Both the position numbers and the translations under genes were made by a program. Of a DNA stretch of 64,000 bases, positions 36,941 through 47,355 are shown one piece after another; position 1 is the stretch's first letter; each line of letters starts with the position of its first letter. Below the pieces are notes generated by a model. That model did no database searches. It saw only the letters and a list, made by a program, of their open reading frames with translations, and had not been told where the DNA came from. The DNA lies in contig DATHBB010000171.1 in assembly GCA_035296385.1 (NCBI GenBank), positions 7,329 through 71,328 of the forward strand, given 5' to 3'. Origin of the DNA: Pyrinomonadaceae bacterium (GTDB lineage: Bacteria > Acidobacteriota > Blastocatellia > Pyrinomonadales > Pyrinomonadaceae).

Positions 36941-37699
36941 ATCTAAATCCTTTCATCACCTCAGGAAGGAGGTACTGGGTCTGTCGGACGAAAATCTGTA
37001 AAAGTTCACAGTCCGGCTCTCGGACTCCGAAACATTTGACTATTCAGGCGGCTCCGGCGTTCGCGTCCCGGGTGGCGTTAAAGCTGCGTGCGGGACTGAA
37101 GCGAACCGGAACTGAATGAGACGCAAGGGCAGAACTAAACCCAGTAGCCAATCGAGCTCAAGCCGTGTGTGGGTCTGAACAAGTTGAATACGAGGGCAAA
37201 ATCGGTATCGGAAATTTCAGGATTGAATAGCGCAGAGTAAATTAATAAGGGGAGCGGGACGGCATAGCGGCATGCGTCCGCGGGTCTTGATTGCATCAGA
37301 TAAACTACCTTTTTCAAACCTTGTGCGAGAAGCGAAGACAACGCTTCCACCGACACGTATCGAGAAAGTCAACTGAAGAGTCTAAATTGACTGTTAGTTA
37401 TTGGCAGGACGAAAAAGCTCTAAACTTTAGCTAAGCCCGAGAAAGTTAAATAAATCCGGAGCAAATGTCAAGGCGAAAGAGGGCAGTTTTCAAGGACGGC
37501 GCAAGCGTTTGCCCGCCGCCGCCGCGCACGAATTTCAAGGCCGCGCGCCGCGCGCGATAGCTCACCGCCGCGAATTGAAATCTTGACTTGTCCGCGCCCG
37601 ACAGCGTAGCTTTCACTGGTGGAGACTGGGCGCGCTAAAAACAGGCGCGCGAGTTGAAACGAGCACCCACTACTTTCCGGCGCACGAAAATTTCCAGTT

Positions 37700-40600
37700 A
37701 TGAGCGATAGCAAGCAACACGATCTCACCACCGTGCCGCACGAAGACGGTTTTCGCCCGCGCGAGATGCAGGCCGCGCTCGCGTCCCTGCGCGAGAGCAA
37801 TCAGACGCTCGAAGCCATCATCCACGCCTCGCCGCTCGCCATCATCACGCTCGACCCCGAAGGCATCGTCAAGATGTGGAACAGCGCCGCCGAACGCATC
37901 TACGGCTGGAGCGAAGAGGAAGTGTTAGGCCGCCCGCTGCCTACCGTCCCGCTCGACCGGCAGGAGGAGATGCGGCAGAACCACCACCGCGCCCTTCAGG
38001 GCACGGACTTCAAAGCCTACGAGACCGAACGCCTGCGCAAAGACGGCACGCAGATCAGCGTCAGCATCTCGACGGCGCCGCTCCGCGATTCGGAAGGGGA
38101 ACTCAAGGGCGTCGTCGCGCTCGTCGAAGACATCACGGAGCGCAAGCGCGCCGAGCGCGAGAAGTCGCGTCTGGCGGCGGAAGTCGAAAGCCAGCAGCGG
38201 CGTCTGGACTCGATCATCAAGAGCGTGCCCGGCGTGGTCTGGGAGGCCTGGGGCGAGCCGGATGAATCGAATCAGCGCATCAACTTCGTCAGCGACTACG
38301 TCGAGAAGTTGCTCGGCTACACGGTCGAGGAATGGCTCTCGACGCCGAACTTCTGGCTCACAATCGTCCACCCCGAAGACCGCGAGCGGGCGGCGCGCAA
38401 CGCCGTCGCCACCTTCGAGAGCGGGGAAATCGGCACGAACCAGTTTCGCTGGATGACGAAAGACGGGCGCGCCGTGTGGGTCGAAGCGCATTCGATTGCC
38501 ATCACGGACGCGCGCGGGCGACCCGTCGGGATGCGCGGCGTGACGATGGACATCACGGAGCGCAAGGAGGCGGGCGAGGCGCTCAGCCGCAGCGAGGAGC
38601 GTTACCGCGCCTTCATCGAACAGAGCAACGAGCCGATCTGGCGTTTCGAGTTGCGCGCGCCCATCCCCGTCAACCTTTCGACCGACGAGCAGATCGAACA
38701 TTTTTACGCGGCGGGCTATCTCGCCGAGTGCAACGACGTGATGGCGCGCATGTACGGTTACGCGAGCGCGAGCGAACTCATCGGCAAGCCACTCGAAGCC
38801 TTCCTGCCGCGCACGCCCACGAATCTGGACTACCTGCGCGCCGCCATCAACTCCGGCTACAGCCTCACCGACGTGGAATCGCAGGAGCTTGATCGCGAAG
38901 GGCACACGAAATATTTCCTCAACAACCTCGTCGGCATCGTCGAAGGCGGCATGCTCCGGCGCGTGTGGGGCACGCAGCGCGACATCACCGAGCACAAGCG
39001 CGTGGAAGAAGAGCTGCGACGCTGGGAGCAGATTTTCCAGCACGCGGGCTGGGGCGTGGCGATGGGCGATCCGGCGACGGGCACGCTCAAAGCCCTCAAC
39101 CCGGCCTTCGCGCGCATGCACGGCTACACGGTCGAGGAGATGATCGGCAAGCCGCTCACGGACATGTTCGCGCCCGAAGAACGCCCGCAACTGGCCGGGC
39201 ACATACGCATCGTCGCCGAAAAGGGACACCACATCTACGAGTCGATCCACATTCGCAAAGACGGCACGCGCTTTCCGGTCCTCGCCGACGTGACGGCCTA
39301 CAAGGACGAGCAGGGCAACGTCCTCTATCGCGCGGCCAACATACAGGACATCACCGAGCGCAAGCGCGCGGAGGAGGCCGAGCGTTTCCTCGGCGACGCG
39401 ACGACCATGTTCACCTCCTCGCTCGACTACGAACTGACGCTCGAATCCGTCGCGCGCCTCGCCGTGCCTTACGTGGCCGACTACTGCCTCGTCCACATGC
39501 TCGAAGACGACAGTTCGATCCGCCGCATGATCGTGGCGCATCAAGACCCTGCGCGCGAGGCCGCGTGGCGCGACATGCAGCGCCGCTTCCCGCTCGATCT
39601 CAACACGCCGCACACCATCGCCAAAGTTTTGCGCTCCGGGCGGGCGGAGATGTTCTCTTTAGTCTCCGACGAATTGATGCAGCGAGTGATCGGCGACCCC
39701 GCCGAGATCAGGATGCTCAAGGAGTTCGACATCAAGGCTTCGATGATCGTGCCGCTCGTGGCGCGCGGGCGCACCATCGGCGCTTTGACTTTCATCAGTT
39801 CGGAGTCCGGGCGTCATTACGCCGAAGATGATTTCGCGCTCGCGCAGGAACTCGCGCGCCGCGCCGTGTTCGCCATCGACAACGCGCGACTCTATGGCCG
39901 CGCGCAGGAGGCCAACCGTGCGAAGGACGAATTCCTCGCCACGCTCTCGCACGAACTGCGCACTCCCCTGACGCCCATCATCGGCTGGGTGCACATGATG
40001 GGCACAGGCCAACTCGCCCCCGCCGACATCCAGCACGGCCTCACGATCATCGCCAAAAATTCGCAATCGCTCTCCCGACTCATCAACGACCTGCTCGACA
40101 TGTCGGCCATCCTCAGCGGCAAGATGCGCATTGACACGCTGCCCGTGCCGCTCGACGGGGCGGTCAAAGAGGCCATCGAAACCGTGCGCCCGCAGGCGGT
40201 GAAGCAGGACATCAGGATCGAACTCGCGCCCTGCGAGGGGCTGGAAGAGGTGACGGTCTCCGGCGACCGCACGCGGCTCGTGCAGGTCTTCTGGAATCTC
40301 CTGGCGAACGCGGTCAAGTTCTCTCCGCGCGGTGGCCGCGTCAAAGTCGTCTGCGAGATCGCGGGCGGCGGGGCGGCGCACGTCCGCGTGGAAGACGAGG
40401 GCGAAGGCATCAGGCCGGAGTTTCTCCCGCACGTCTTCGAGCGATTCCGGCAGCAGGATATGTCAACGACGAAGATGCACGGGGGCTTAGGCATCGGGCT
40501 GGCGCTCGTTAAGAGTTTCGTGGAGGCGCACGGCGGCACGGTCGCGGCGTCGAGCGCGGGCGAGGGGCGCGGGAGTCGTTTCACCGTGACGCTGCCGCTC

Positions 40601-41092
40601 TTGCAGAGGCCAGCGGTCGCGCGCGCCGCGCCGGTCGATCCGGCGGCTGACGCGGCGTGCGAAATCGAGGGCGCCTGTCACGCGCTGATCATCGAGGACG
40701 CGCGCGATACGTTGGAGATGCTGCGCGTGGCTTTCGAGGTGCGCGGCTTCCGCACGAGCACCTGCGCCACGCCCGAAGAGGCTCTCGCCATTGCAGCAAA
40801 CGAACACTTTGATATAATCATTTCCGATATTGGTCTTCCAAACATTGACGGTTACGAACTTTTGCAGCGGCTGCGCATGCAGTCGCCGCGTCTGCGCGAA
40901 GTGCCCGCGCTCGCCTTGACGGGCTATGCCGCGCAGAGAGACATTGACGCCGCCCTCACCTCCGGCTTCAGCGCGCACCTCGCCAAACCATTCGATCCGG
41001 CCACGCTGGCCGCGACCGTGGATGCGTTGCTCAACCGTCAAGCGTCCGACTCACCGGACACGGACGAACGACCCGATGTGTCGCGGTCGTGA
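37700..41092 (+). CDS. Hybrid sensor histidine kinase (multiple PAS, GAF, HisKA, HATPase, receiver)
   Basis: Repeated PAS/PAC segments ending in DITERKRAE. H-box FLATLSHELRTPLTPI. ATPase G-boxes (GGLGIGLALV). C-terminal receiver (DIIISDIGLPNIDGYEL ... KPF). Confidence 0.9.
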   Translation: MSDSKQHDLTTVPHEDGFRPREMQAALASLRESNQTLEAIIHASPLAIITLDPEGIVKMWNSAAERIYGWSEEEVLGRPLPTVPLDRQEEMRQNHHRALQGTDFKAYETERLRKDGTQISVSISTAPLRDSEGELKGVVALVEDITERKRAEREKSRLAAEVESQQRRLDSIIKSVPGVVWEAWGEPDESNQRINFVSDYVEKLLGYTVEEWLSTPNFWLTIVHPEDRERAARNAVATFESGEIGTNQFRWMTKDGRAVWVEAHSIAITDARGRPVGMRGVTMDITERKEAGEALSRSEERYRAFIEQSNEPIWRFELRAPIPVNLSTDEQIEHFYAAGYLAECNDVMARMYGYASASELIGKPLEAFLPRTPTNLDYLRAAINSGYSLTDVESQELDREGHTKYFLNNLVGIVEGGMLRRVWGTQRDITEHKRVEEELRRWEQIFQHAGWGVAMGDPATGTLKALNPAFARMHGYTVEEMIGKPLTDMFAPEERPQLAGHIRIVAEKGHHIYESIHIRKDGTRFPVLADVTAYKDEQGNVLYRAANIQDITERKRAEEAERFLGDATTMFTSSLDYELTLESVARLAVPYVADYCLVHMLEDDSSIRRMIVAHQDPAREAAWRDMQRRFPLDLNTPHTIAKVLRSGRAEMFSLVSDELMQRVIGDPAEIRMLKEFDIKASMIVPLVARGRTIGALTFISSESGRHYAEDDFALAQELARRAVFAIDNARLYGRAQEANRAKDEFLATLSHELRTPLTPIIGWVHMMGTGQLAPADIQHGLTIIAKNSQSLSRLINDLLDMSAILSGKMRIDTLPVPLDGAVKEAIETVRPQAVKQDIRIELAPCEGLEEVTVSGDRTRLVQVFWNLLANAVKFSPRGGRVKVVCEIAGGGAAHVRVEDEGEGIRPEFLPHVFERFRQQDMSTTKMHGGLGIGLALVKSFVEAHGGTVAASSAGEGRGSRFTVTLPLLQRPAVARAAPVDPAADAACEIEGACHALIIEDARDTLEMLRVAFEVRGFRTSTCATPEEALAIAANEHFDIIISDIGLPNIDGYELLQRLRMQSPRLREVPALALTGYAAQRDIDAALTSGFSAHLAKPFDPATLAATVDALLNRQASDSPDTDERPDVSRS

Positions 41093-41180
41093 AGCGCGAG
41101 CGAAGTAATTTTTTCTTCGCCCCGAGGTTTACTTTCCAGTTGCCGTAGGCCGCGCAAGCGGAAAGGGAGATAGAGTAAAG

Positions 41181-41696
41181 ATGTTGGCAGCCCCTGAACC
41201 TGTCGCGCACGCGACCAACGCGGCGCGCGTCGGAATAGTGATGTTTGTTCCGAATCGCCTCGCTTTCGGCGGAGACCCCCCTTCGTCGAATCACCCCTCA
41301 CCCTTCAACGACGAGCCACAGTTGAAGAGGAACAAACCGCGCGCACTCGTCGTTGACGACGCGCCGGACGTGACGGAGATGCTCGCCATCCTGCTCCAAT
41401 ATGCGGGCTACGAGGTGGTCACGGTTTACTCAGGCGCGCAGGCTCTCAGCGCGGCGCGCGGCGGGCAGTTCGATGTGCTCGTCTCGGACATCGGAATGCC
41501 CGGCATGAACGGTTACGAACTGGCCGAAGCCCTGCGCGCGCTGCCCGATTATCGGGTCACGCCGATGATCGCCGTCACGGGTTTTACGATGTACGAAGAC
41601 CGCGACCGCGCCCTCCGCTCCGGCTTCAACGCGTTTTTGACGAAACCCATTAACCCGCACGATCTCATTAGTCTCGTCGAACGTTTGCGAAGCTGA
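41181..41696 (+). CDS. Single-domain response regulator (CheY-like) with N-terminal extension
   Basis: ALVVDDAPDV ... VLVSDIGMPGMNGYEL ... AVTGF ... FLTKP receiver motifs. Confidence 0.8.
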   Translation: MLAAPEPVAHATNAARVGIVMFVPNRLAFGGDPPSSNHPSPFNDEPQLKRNKPRALVVDDAPDVTEMLAILLQYAGYEVVTVYSGAQALSAARGGQFDVLVSDIGMPGMNGYELAEALRALPDYRVTPMIAVTGFTMYEDRDRALRSGFNAFLTKPINPHDLISLVERLRS

Positions 41697-41735
41697 CCGT
41701 CCACGGAGTCGGCTTCGCCTGAAGCGAAATTCTTC

Positions 41736-43601
41736 ATGTCTATCGAAGAGTCGGAAGCGTCCGTCCTCATCGTCAACGACTCCACAGATGCGCTCGCGCT
41801 GCAAAGCGCGGTGTTGCAGCAAGCCGGTTATCGTGTGCTCACGGCGGCTGACGGCCTTGAAGGACTCGCCATTGCGCGCCGCGAAATCCCCGCCCTCGTC
41901 GTCAGCGATGTCAGCATGCCGCACATGGACGGCATCGAACTCTGCCGCCGCCTGCGCGAAGACGCGCGCCTCCAACTCACGCCCATCCTGCTCGTCAGCG
42001 CCTACCGCCACGACACGCGGAGCGTGCTCGAAGGTCTCAAGGCCGGAGCCGACGATTACATCGAAGCGCCTTTCGACCCGCTGCGCCTCGTCGCGCAGGT
42101 CGCGCGCATGCTCGAACGCGCGCGCCTCGAAGCCCACTACCGCGACATCGTCGAACAGTCCGGCGACATCATCTACACGCACGACCTCGAAGGCCGGTTG
42201 ACGAGCCTCAACGCCGCCGGACTACTCTTCAGCAGCCGGCGGATGGAGGAAGCTATCGGCCAGCACTTCGCCGCCGTGTTCAAATTGGATGTCGGGGAGC
42301 AGGAGGTCGGAGAGTGGATCAGGAACCTGCGGAGCGCGGGCGCGGGTCGCGCCGAAGCGCAATGCACGAGCGCGAATGGCGAGCGGTGTTGGCTGGAATT
42401 CAACATGTCTCTCATCTGCGCGCGCGACGGCGCGCCCACAGGCGTGCGCGGCGTGGCGCGCGACATCACGAGCCACAAGCGGATCGAGGAGCGTCTGCGT
42501 CGCAGCGAAGAACGCTACCGCGAGTTGGTTAATAACGCCAACGACATCATCTACACGACCGACATGGAAGGCCGCTACACCTCGCTCAACCGCGCGGGCG
42601 AGCACATCAGCGGCTACACGCGCGAAGAAATTCTGGGGAAGAGTTGGAAGGAGATAGTCGCGGCGGAATACGTCACGCTCGTCAGCGAGATGCTTTTGCG
42701 CAAGCTGGCCGGACAGGAAACGGTCACGTTCTACGAGATCGAAATGATCGCCAAGAACGGGCGGCGCATCCCGCTTGAGATCAACAGCCAGATCATTTAC
42801 GAAGACGGCCAGCCTGTCGGACTGCAAGGCATCGCGCGCGACATCACGGAACGCAAGCGCGCGGAAGCGCTCCTGCGCACGAGCTTCGAGCAGGAGGTCG
42901 AGAGCGAGAAGATGCGCAGCCTCGGCCAACTCTCAGCGGGCGTGGCGCACAACTTCAACAACGCGCTGGCCGCCGTGCTCGGGCGCACCCAACTCCTCCT
43001 GCGCTCCGTGACGGACGAACGGCAGCGGCGCAGCCTCGAAGTTATCGAAACGGCCACGCAGGACGCCGCCGAGATCGTCCGCCGCATACAGACCTTCGCG
43101 CGCCGCGCGCCCTCCGCGCAGTTCGCGCAAGTCTCGCTCTCGCAGCTCGTGACCGACGCCGTGCAACTGACGCGCACGAGTTGGCAGGACGACGCGCAAG
43201 TGCACGGTCGCCACTACGACGTTAGCTTCTCGAACGAAGTCGGCGCGGGCGATCTCATCGAAGCCAACGCGACGGAACTGCGCGAGGTCTTCGTCAACTT
43301 GATCTTCAACGCGCTCGACGCGATGCCCGCGGGCGGGCGCATCGCTCTGCGCGAGACGAGGCGCGACGAGTGGTTCGTCGTCGAAGTCGGCGACACGGGC
43401 GAGGGCATCGCGCCGGAGTTTCAAGACCGCATCTTCGAGCCGTTCTTCACCACCAAAGGCTCGCAAGGCTCCGGCCTCGGCCTCGCCGTCTCCTACGGCA
43501 TCGTCAAACGTCACGGCGGCACGATTGAAGTCGCCAGCGAGACGGGCAACGGCACGACCTTCACGCTCACCTTCCCCTGCCTTCGTAAAAACGAACAGTA
43601 A
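41736..43601 (+). CDS. Receiver-PAS-PAS histidine kinase
   Basis: N-terminal receiver (VLIVNDS ... VVSDVSMPHMDGIEL), two PAS segments, H-box AGVAHNFNNAL, and an ATPase domain (GSGLGLAVSYGIVKRHGG). Confidence 0.9.
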   Translation: MSIEESEASVLIVNDSTDALALQSAVLQQAGYRVLTAADGLEGLAIARREIPALVVSDVSMPHMDGIELCRRLREDARLQLTPILLVSAYRHDTRSVLEGLKAGADDYIEAPFDPLRLVAQVARMLERARLEAHYRDIVEQSGDIIYTHDLEGRLTSLNAAGLLFSSRRMEEAIGQHFAAVFKLDVGEQEVGEWIRNLRSAGAGRAEAQCTSANGERCWLEFNMSLICARDGAPTGVRGVARDITSHKRIEERLRRSEERYRELVNNANDIIYTTDMEGRYTSLNRAGEHISGYTREEILGKSWKEIVAAEYVTLVSEMLLRKLAGQETVTFYEIEMIAKNGRRIPLEINSQIIYEDGQPVGLQGIARDITERKRAEALLRTSFEQEVESEKMRSLGQLSAGVAHNFNNALAAVLGRTQLLLRSVTDERQRRSLEVIETATQDAAEIVRRIQTFARRAPSAQFAQVSLSQLVTDAVQLTRTSWQDDAQVHGRHYDVSFSNEVGAGDLIEANATELREVFVNLIFNALDAMPAGGRIALRETRRDEWFVVEVGDTGEGIAPEFQDRIFEPFFTTKGSQGSGLGLAVSYGIVKRHGGTIEVASETGNGTTFTLTFPCLRKNEQ

Positions 43602-43604
43602 AGA

Positions 43605-43706
43605 TTCACCGCGGAGGCGCGGAGCAAAGCCGCAGAGTGTGCGCAGACAAGATCATTCAACTCTCTCTGCGCACACTCTGCGCACACTCTGCGTCTCTGC
43701 GGTGAA
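43605..43706. repeat. Palindromic element H8 (TTCACCGC ... GCGGTGAA family)
   Basis: ttcaccgcggaggcgcggagcaaagccgcagagtgtgcgcag ... ctgcgcacactctgcgcacactctgcgtctctgcggtgaa. It starts 4 nt after the kinase stop codon. Confidence 0.9.
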
Positions 43707-43844
43707 TGCTTTCCTTCCTGAAAATCGCTCTCATGCTCGCACGCTTTTCTTCCACCCGCGCTTCCATGTTATTTTGTGGCCGCAAGCGTACAACCCGCGC
43801 AAAAGTTCCAGCCACGCGCTACGGGAAAGGGACGGCAACTTTTT

Positions 43845-45665
43845 ATGGAGAACGCCGGAAGTCACGAAGCCGCCGCCGCCGCTACTGCCAGTGCCGGAGA
43901 GGTCGTCATCGCGCGCGACGACCCGGGCAGCGGCGACGATGCCGCCGCGCCGCCGCGCGAACGGCGAAACGTCTTCGCGTCGGCTGCCGTCGTGCGCGCC
44001 CTCTATCTCTCTATCGGCGCGCTCGTCATCGCCGCCGTCTTCTGGCTACTACAGTTCTCCACAGATGCCATCTGCTGCGGCGACTTCGACGGTTACTATC
44101 ACATCGGTTGGAGCGCGCAACTCTGGCAGGGCATACGCACAGGCCAGTTCCCGCCGCAGTTCACCTGGCTGCCGCTGACGACCTTGAACGCGCGCGATTA
44201 CGTGGATCATCATTTCCTCTTCCACATCTTGCAGATTCCCTTCACCTTCTTTCAGGACGTGCGCACGGGCGCGAAAATTTCCGCTTGGCTCTTCGGCACG
44301 CTCGCCGTCTTCTCCTGCTACTGGATGCTCGTGCGCTATCGCATACAGTACCCGCTCGTCTGGCTCATCGCGCTCCTCGGATGTTCCGCGCCCTTTCTGT
44401 TTCGCATGAACATGACGAAGGCGATGAGCGTCTCCGTCGTGCTGCTCATCCTCGGCATTCACCTGCTCTTTCAAAGAAAATATTTGTGGCTGCTCCCGCT
44501 CGCCTTCATCTTCACTCTGACTTACGACATGTTCGTCCTGCTCGGACTCGTCGCGTTCATCTGGACAGCCGTTGTCGCGTGGAGCGAGCGGCGCTTCGAG
44601 TGGAGGCCGCTTGCGTGGGTCGTGGTCGGAGTCGGCGCGGGTACAGTTATCAACCCCTACTTCCCGCACAACGTCCGGCTGCTCTACGCGCACATCATGA
44701 TGAAGGTCACGTCAGGCGGCTTTGCGACGGCGGTGGGGCAGGAGTGGTATCCCTACGACAGTTGGGACTTCGCGCGCAACTGCACCGTCGCCTTCGCCGC
44801 GATGATCACCGGCTACATCGCCTTCAACTGGCACGACCGCAAACGCGCCGCGCGCCCGCTCTTCTTTCTCATCTTCTCGACCATCCTGCTCATCGCCAAC
44901 GCGCGCTGGCGTCGCTTCGCGGAATACTGGCCGCCCTTCGCCATCCTCTTCGCCGCCTTCACCCTGCAACTCGTCTTCGAGCGCGCACGCTCCGCCTACG
45001 GCAACTTGCCCGCAGACGTGTTGGACGAACTTGAGCCTTACCTTGATCGCCCCGCGAGCGGCGAGAGTGGCCGCGCCGTGAACGCGTCGCCGGAGTGGAG
45101 CGCGACGCACAAAACTCTGGCGGCCTCCGTCGTCGCGCTCCTGCTCGCCGTCCCGATGATCTCCATGATCGTCGCCGAGACGCGCGAGATCGCGACGACC
45201 GCGCCGCACGAAGAGTACACGAAGGGCATCGAGTGGATGCGCACGCACGTTCCCGCCGGGCAGGTCATCTTCAACACCGACTGGGACGACTTCCCCAAAC
45301 TCTTCTACTACGACCCGACGCACCTGTACGTCTCCGGCCTCGACCCGAGTTACCTGCACGAACGCGACCCCGCTTTGTCGCGTCTCTACGAAGACATCAC
45401 GCTCGGCAGGAACAAAGACCCCGGCCCCGCCATACGCGACCGCTTCGGCGCGCGCTACGTCTTCACCGACAACGAGGACGTACACAACGATTTCTACGAT
45501 GCCGCGATGGACAGCGGGTGGTTCGACGAGGTTTACACGGACAAGGACTGCACCATCCTCTACATACGCGACCAGAAAGGCACGCCCGCGCCCCTCGAAC
45601 CCGGCGACGATAACGAGCCGGACGAAGACACCGACGGCGAGGCGGACGAAGGCGATGCGACCTAG
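43845..45665 (+). CDS. Polytopic membrane protein, possible GT-C-type glycosyltransferase
   Basis: More than 10 hydrophobic helices, then a soluble C-terminal domain and an acidic tail. Function assignment is weak. Alternative GTG start at 43776. Confidence 0.6.
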   Translation: MENAGSHEAAAAATASAGEVVIARDDPGSGDDAAAPPRERRNVFASAAVVRALYLSIGALVIAAVFWLLQFSTDAICCGDFDGYYHIGWSAQLWQGIRTGQFPPQFTWLPLTTLNARDYVDHHFLFHILQIPFTFFQDVRTGAKISAWLFGTLAVFSCYWMLVRYRIQYPLVWLIALLGCSAPFLFRMNMTKAMSVSVVLLILGIHLLFQRKYLWLLPLAFIFTLTYDMFVLLGLVAFIWTAVVAWSERRFEWRPLAWVVVGVGAGTVINPYFPHNVRLLYAHIMMKVTSGGFATAVGQEWYPYDSWDFARNCTVAFAAMITGYIAFNWHDRKRAARPLFFLIFSTILLIANARWRRFAEYWPPFAILFAAFTLQLVFERARSAYGNLPADVLDELEPYLDRPASGESGRAVNASPEWSATHKTLAASVVALLLAVPMISMIVAETREIATTAPHEEYTKGIEWMRTHVPAGQVIFNTDWDDFPKLFYYDPTHLYVSGLDPSYLHERDPALSRLYEDITLGRNKDPGPAIRDRFGARYVFTDNEDVHNDFYDAAMDSGWFDEVYTDKDCTILYIRDQKGTPAPLEPGDDNEPDEDTDGEADEGDAT

Positions 45666-45730
45666 CCGAAATCGGATTTGAGAGCGCGTATGCGGGCGAA
45701 TGAATCGAGTCGAATTTTATGTGGAATGAG

Positions 45731-46102
45731 ATGAAGGTGAGGACTCTAAAAATCGCGGCGGTCGTGATTCTCCTGTCGCTTGTGCTCGGCGCTACTGCGG
45801 GCTGTAACCGCTCGCAGACGCGTGAGGCGACGCAGCCCCGGCCCTCCGCTTTCGAGCGCGATCTGGCCTCCGTGCAGCGCAACAACTTCCAGAAAGTTTA
45901 CGTCATCTCGCGCCCCGACGGCGGCACGCTCAACGCCGACGACAAAGCCTACCTCAAAACGAACATGCCGATTGAGACCACCATGCGCATCCTCACGGAC
46001 GAAGACCGCCGCGTCATCATCGGCACGAACTTCGACTTCAAGCCCGAACACCTCGACGCGCTCAACAGGCGCTTCAAGGTTGAAGACTACACCGGCAGAT
46101 GA
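45731..46102 (+). CDS. Putative lipoprotein, unknown function
   Basis: MKVRTLKIAAVVILLSLVLGATAGC is a signal peptide with a lipobox. Alternative start at 45719. Confidence 0.55.
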   Translation: MKVRTLKIAAVVILLSLVLGATAGCNRSQTREATQPRPSAFERDLASVQRNNFQKVYVISRPDGGTLNADDKAYLKTNMPIETTMRILTDEDRRVIIGTNFDFKPEHLDALNRRFKVEDYTGR

Positions 46103-46195
46103 GCACGCGCCGCCGTCGCACCTCAATCGGGCGGCTGACACCAACGCCTTGCTCCGTTCGTTACTTTACGTGTGAGACTGACCTTCGCGCCGCGT

Positions 46196-46600
46196 TCACT
46201 TCTTACGGTTGAGTATCGCGGAAGCCGAGATGTCTGTAGCTCCCCTGTGTGAGAAGCGGTAGGCGATCTGCCTGCCGTTCAGGCGTTCGATCACGACGCG
46301 GCCTTTATCCACGCAAGCATCCTGTCCCGACGTGATGCTCTCTCTGAACACGGCGCTCTTCGAGTTGATCCGGACGAGCCGCCACCTGCCCCCGCAATTT
46401 AGCGACGGGTATTCGATCAGATACTTCCCGCCCCGCCGCGCCGTGAGCCGCATCGTCCAGGTGGAGTCGGTATCGATCTGATAACCCGTGCCCTCCCACG
46501 TCCCGTTCAACCAGGCCCTGTTGCCCTTACCCTGCTGCGCGTACACGATGGAACTCATGCAGAGCATCAGCAACACGGTTGCCGCGAGTTTACGCGTCAT
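46196..46600 (-). CDS. Secreted hypothetical protein
   Basis: An internal ATG at 46600 gives MTRKLAATVLLMLCMSSIVYAQ (signal peptide) plus a 112-aa beta-rich body. The longer upstream extension of the ORF is Arg/Ala-rich and not protein-like. Confidence 0.55.
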   Translation of the reverse strand: MTRKLAATVLLMLCMSSIVYAQQGKGNRAWLNGTWEGTGYQIDTDSTWTMRLTARRGGKYLIEYPSLNCGGRWRLVRINSKSAVFRESITSGQDACVDKGRVVIERLNGRQIAYRFSHRGATDISASAILNRKK

Positions 46601-46662
46601 AAAATTTTTCCCGTTGAGAAAATGAGTGATCAAGTTTGACCCCGGAGAGTTTATCGTTCGCC

Positions 46663-47088
46663 TTAGCCGTTCTGCAGCGCCGAGCGCAGATACCAACTGA
46701 ACCCGATGAGCACGACGAAGAGTGCCACCATCATGATGAACAGCCACTTGTTGCGCCGTCCCGTCCTGATCTGCCAGATGCCGCTCACGAGGCTGCCGAG
46801 TCCGAAGACGAGCACCATGCCGAACAGCGCGAGGATGAGTTGCGCTTGCTGTGGCGTGCCCGTGAAGCGCGCCCCGCCCGTGCTCTCGCCCGCCTGTAGC
46901 AAGAGCGGCGCGACGTTGTAGGTGATCGTCCCCATCAGCCCGATGAGGAACACGCCGATCAGCAATTGCATCCAGCCGAGGCGGCGCACCTGCTTCGCCG
47001 TCCGCAAACGCTTCCCGCAATTCGGGCACTTGCCGACCGTCTCATTAGTAACGTGTCCACAACTAAAACAACTGCTCGTTTCTTCCAT
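46663..47088 (-). CDS. Zinc-ribbon membrane protein
   Basis: CFSCGH ... CPNCGK zinc ribbon followed by four hydrophobic helices. GGAGGT lies 10 nt upstream of ATG 47088. Confidence 0.6.
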   Translation of the reverse strand: MEETSSCFSCGHVTNETVGKCPNCGKRLRTAKQVRRLGWMQLLIGVFLIGLMGTITYNVAPLLLQAGESTGGARFTGTPQQAQLILALFGMVLVFGLGSLVSGIWQIRTGRRNKWLFIMMVALFVVLIGFSWYLRSALQNG

Positions 47089-47355
47089 CACAACTTCTAC
47101 CTCCACAGAGAGAGAGCCTGCGCGCGCGCCCGTCTCTTCGCGGACGAGACGGGCACGCGGGCGTTATCAGTTGAGCTACAGTCCGAAAGTTAAAGAAGTT
47201 GGACGTGCGGCTAAAAGAAGACCGTTCATACGGCGGCGGAAAAGCGCGGGGAAGATAACGGCGCGCCGGGGCGCTTGTCAATAGTTATAAAAAACTGGGA
47301 GAGGTTCGGTTCGAAGGTGGACGCTCAAGCCCCGCCCTTTCGCGCCCTCGACGCT

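Noticed and set aside
36941-37699. Possible gene or RNA in the 760-nt gap between the M36 protease gene and the hybrid kinase gene
   Set aside because: It holds only short ORFs without RBS (for example 37135..37356 -). I found no convincing structure or repeat beyond a weak TTGACT/TAGCTT promoter-like pair near 37593. Left unannotated.
37925-39613. Long antisense ORFs opposite well-supported genes (for example 37925..39613 -, 33848..35713 +, 22511..23668 -, 11052..12335 -, 15858..16895 -, 17928..18968 -, 3714..4433 -, 50618..51721 +)
   Set aside because: Each lies fully inside a gene on the other strand that has clear family motifs. Their translations are Arg/Ala/Gly/Asp-rich with no motifs, as expected from stop-codon depletion in GC-rich DNA.
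46601-47029. N-terminal 143-aa extension of the 46196..47029 minus-strand ORF
   Set aside because: The extension overlaps the zinc-ribbon membrane protein gene (same strand, different frame) and is Arg/His/Ala-rich. The internal ATG at 46600 gives a clean signal peptide.
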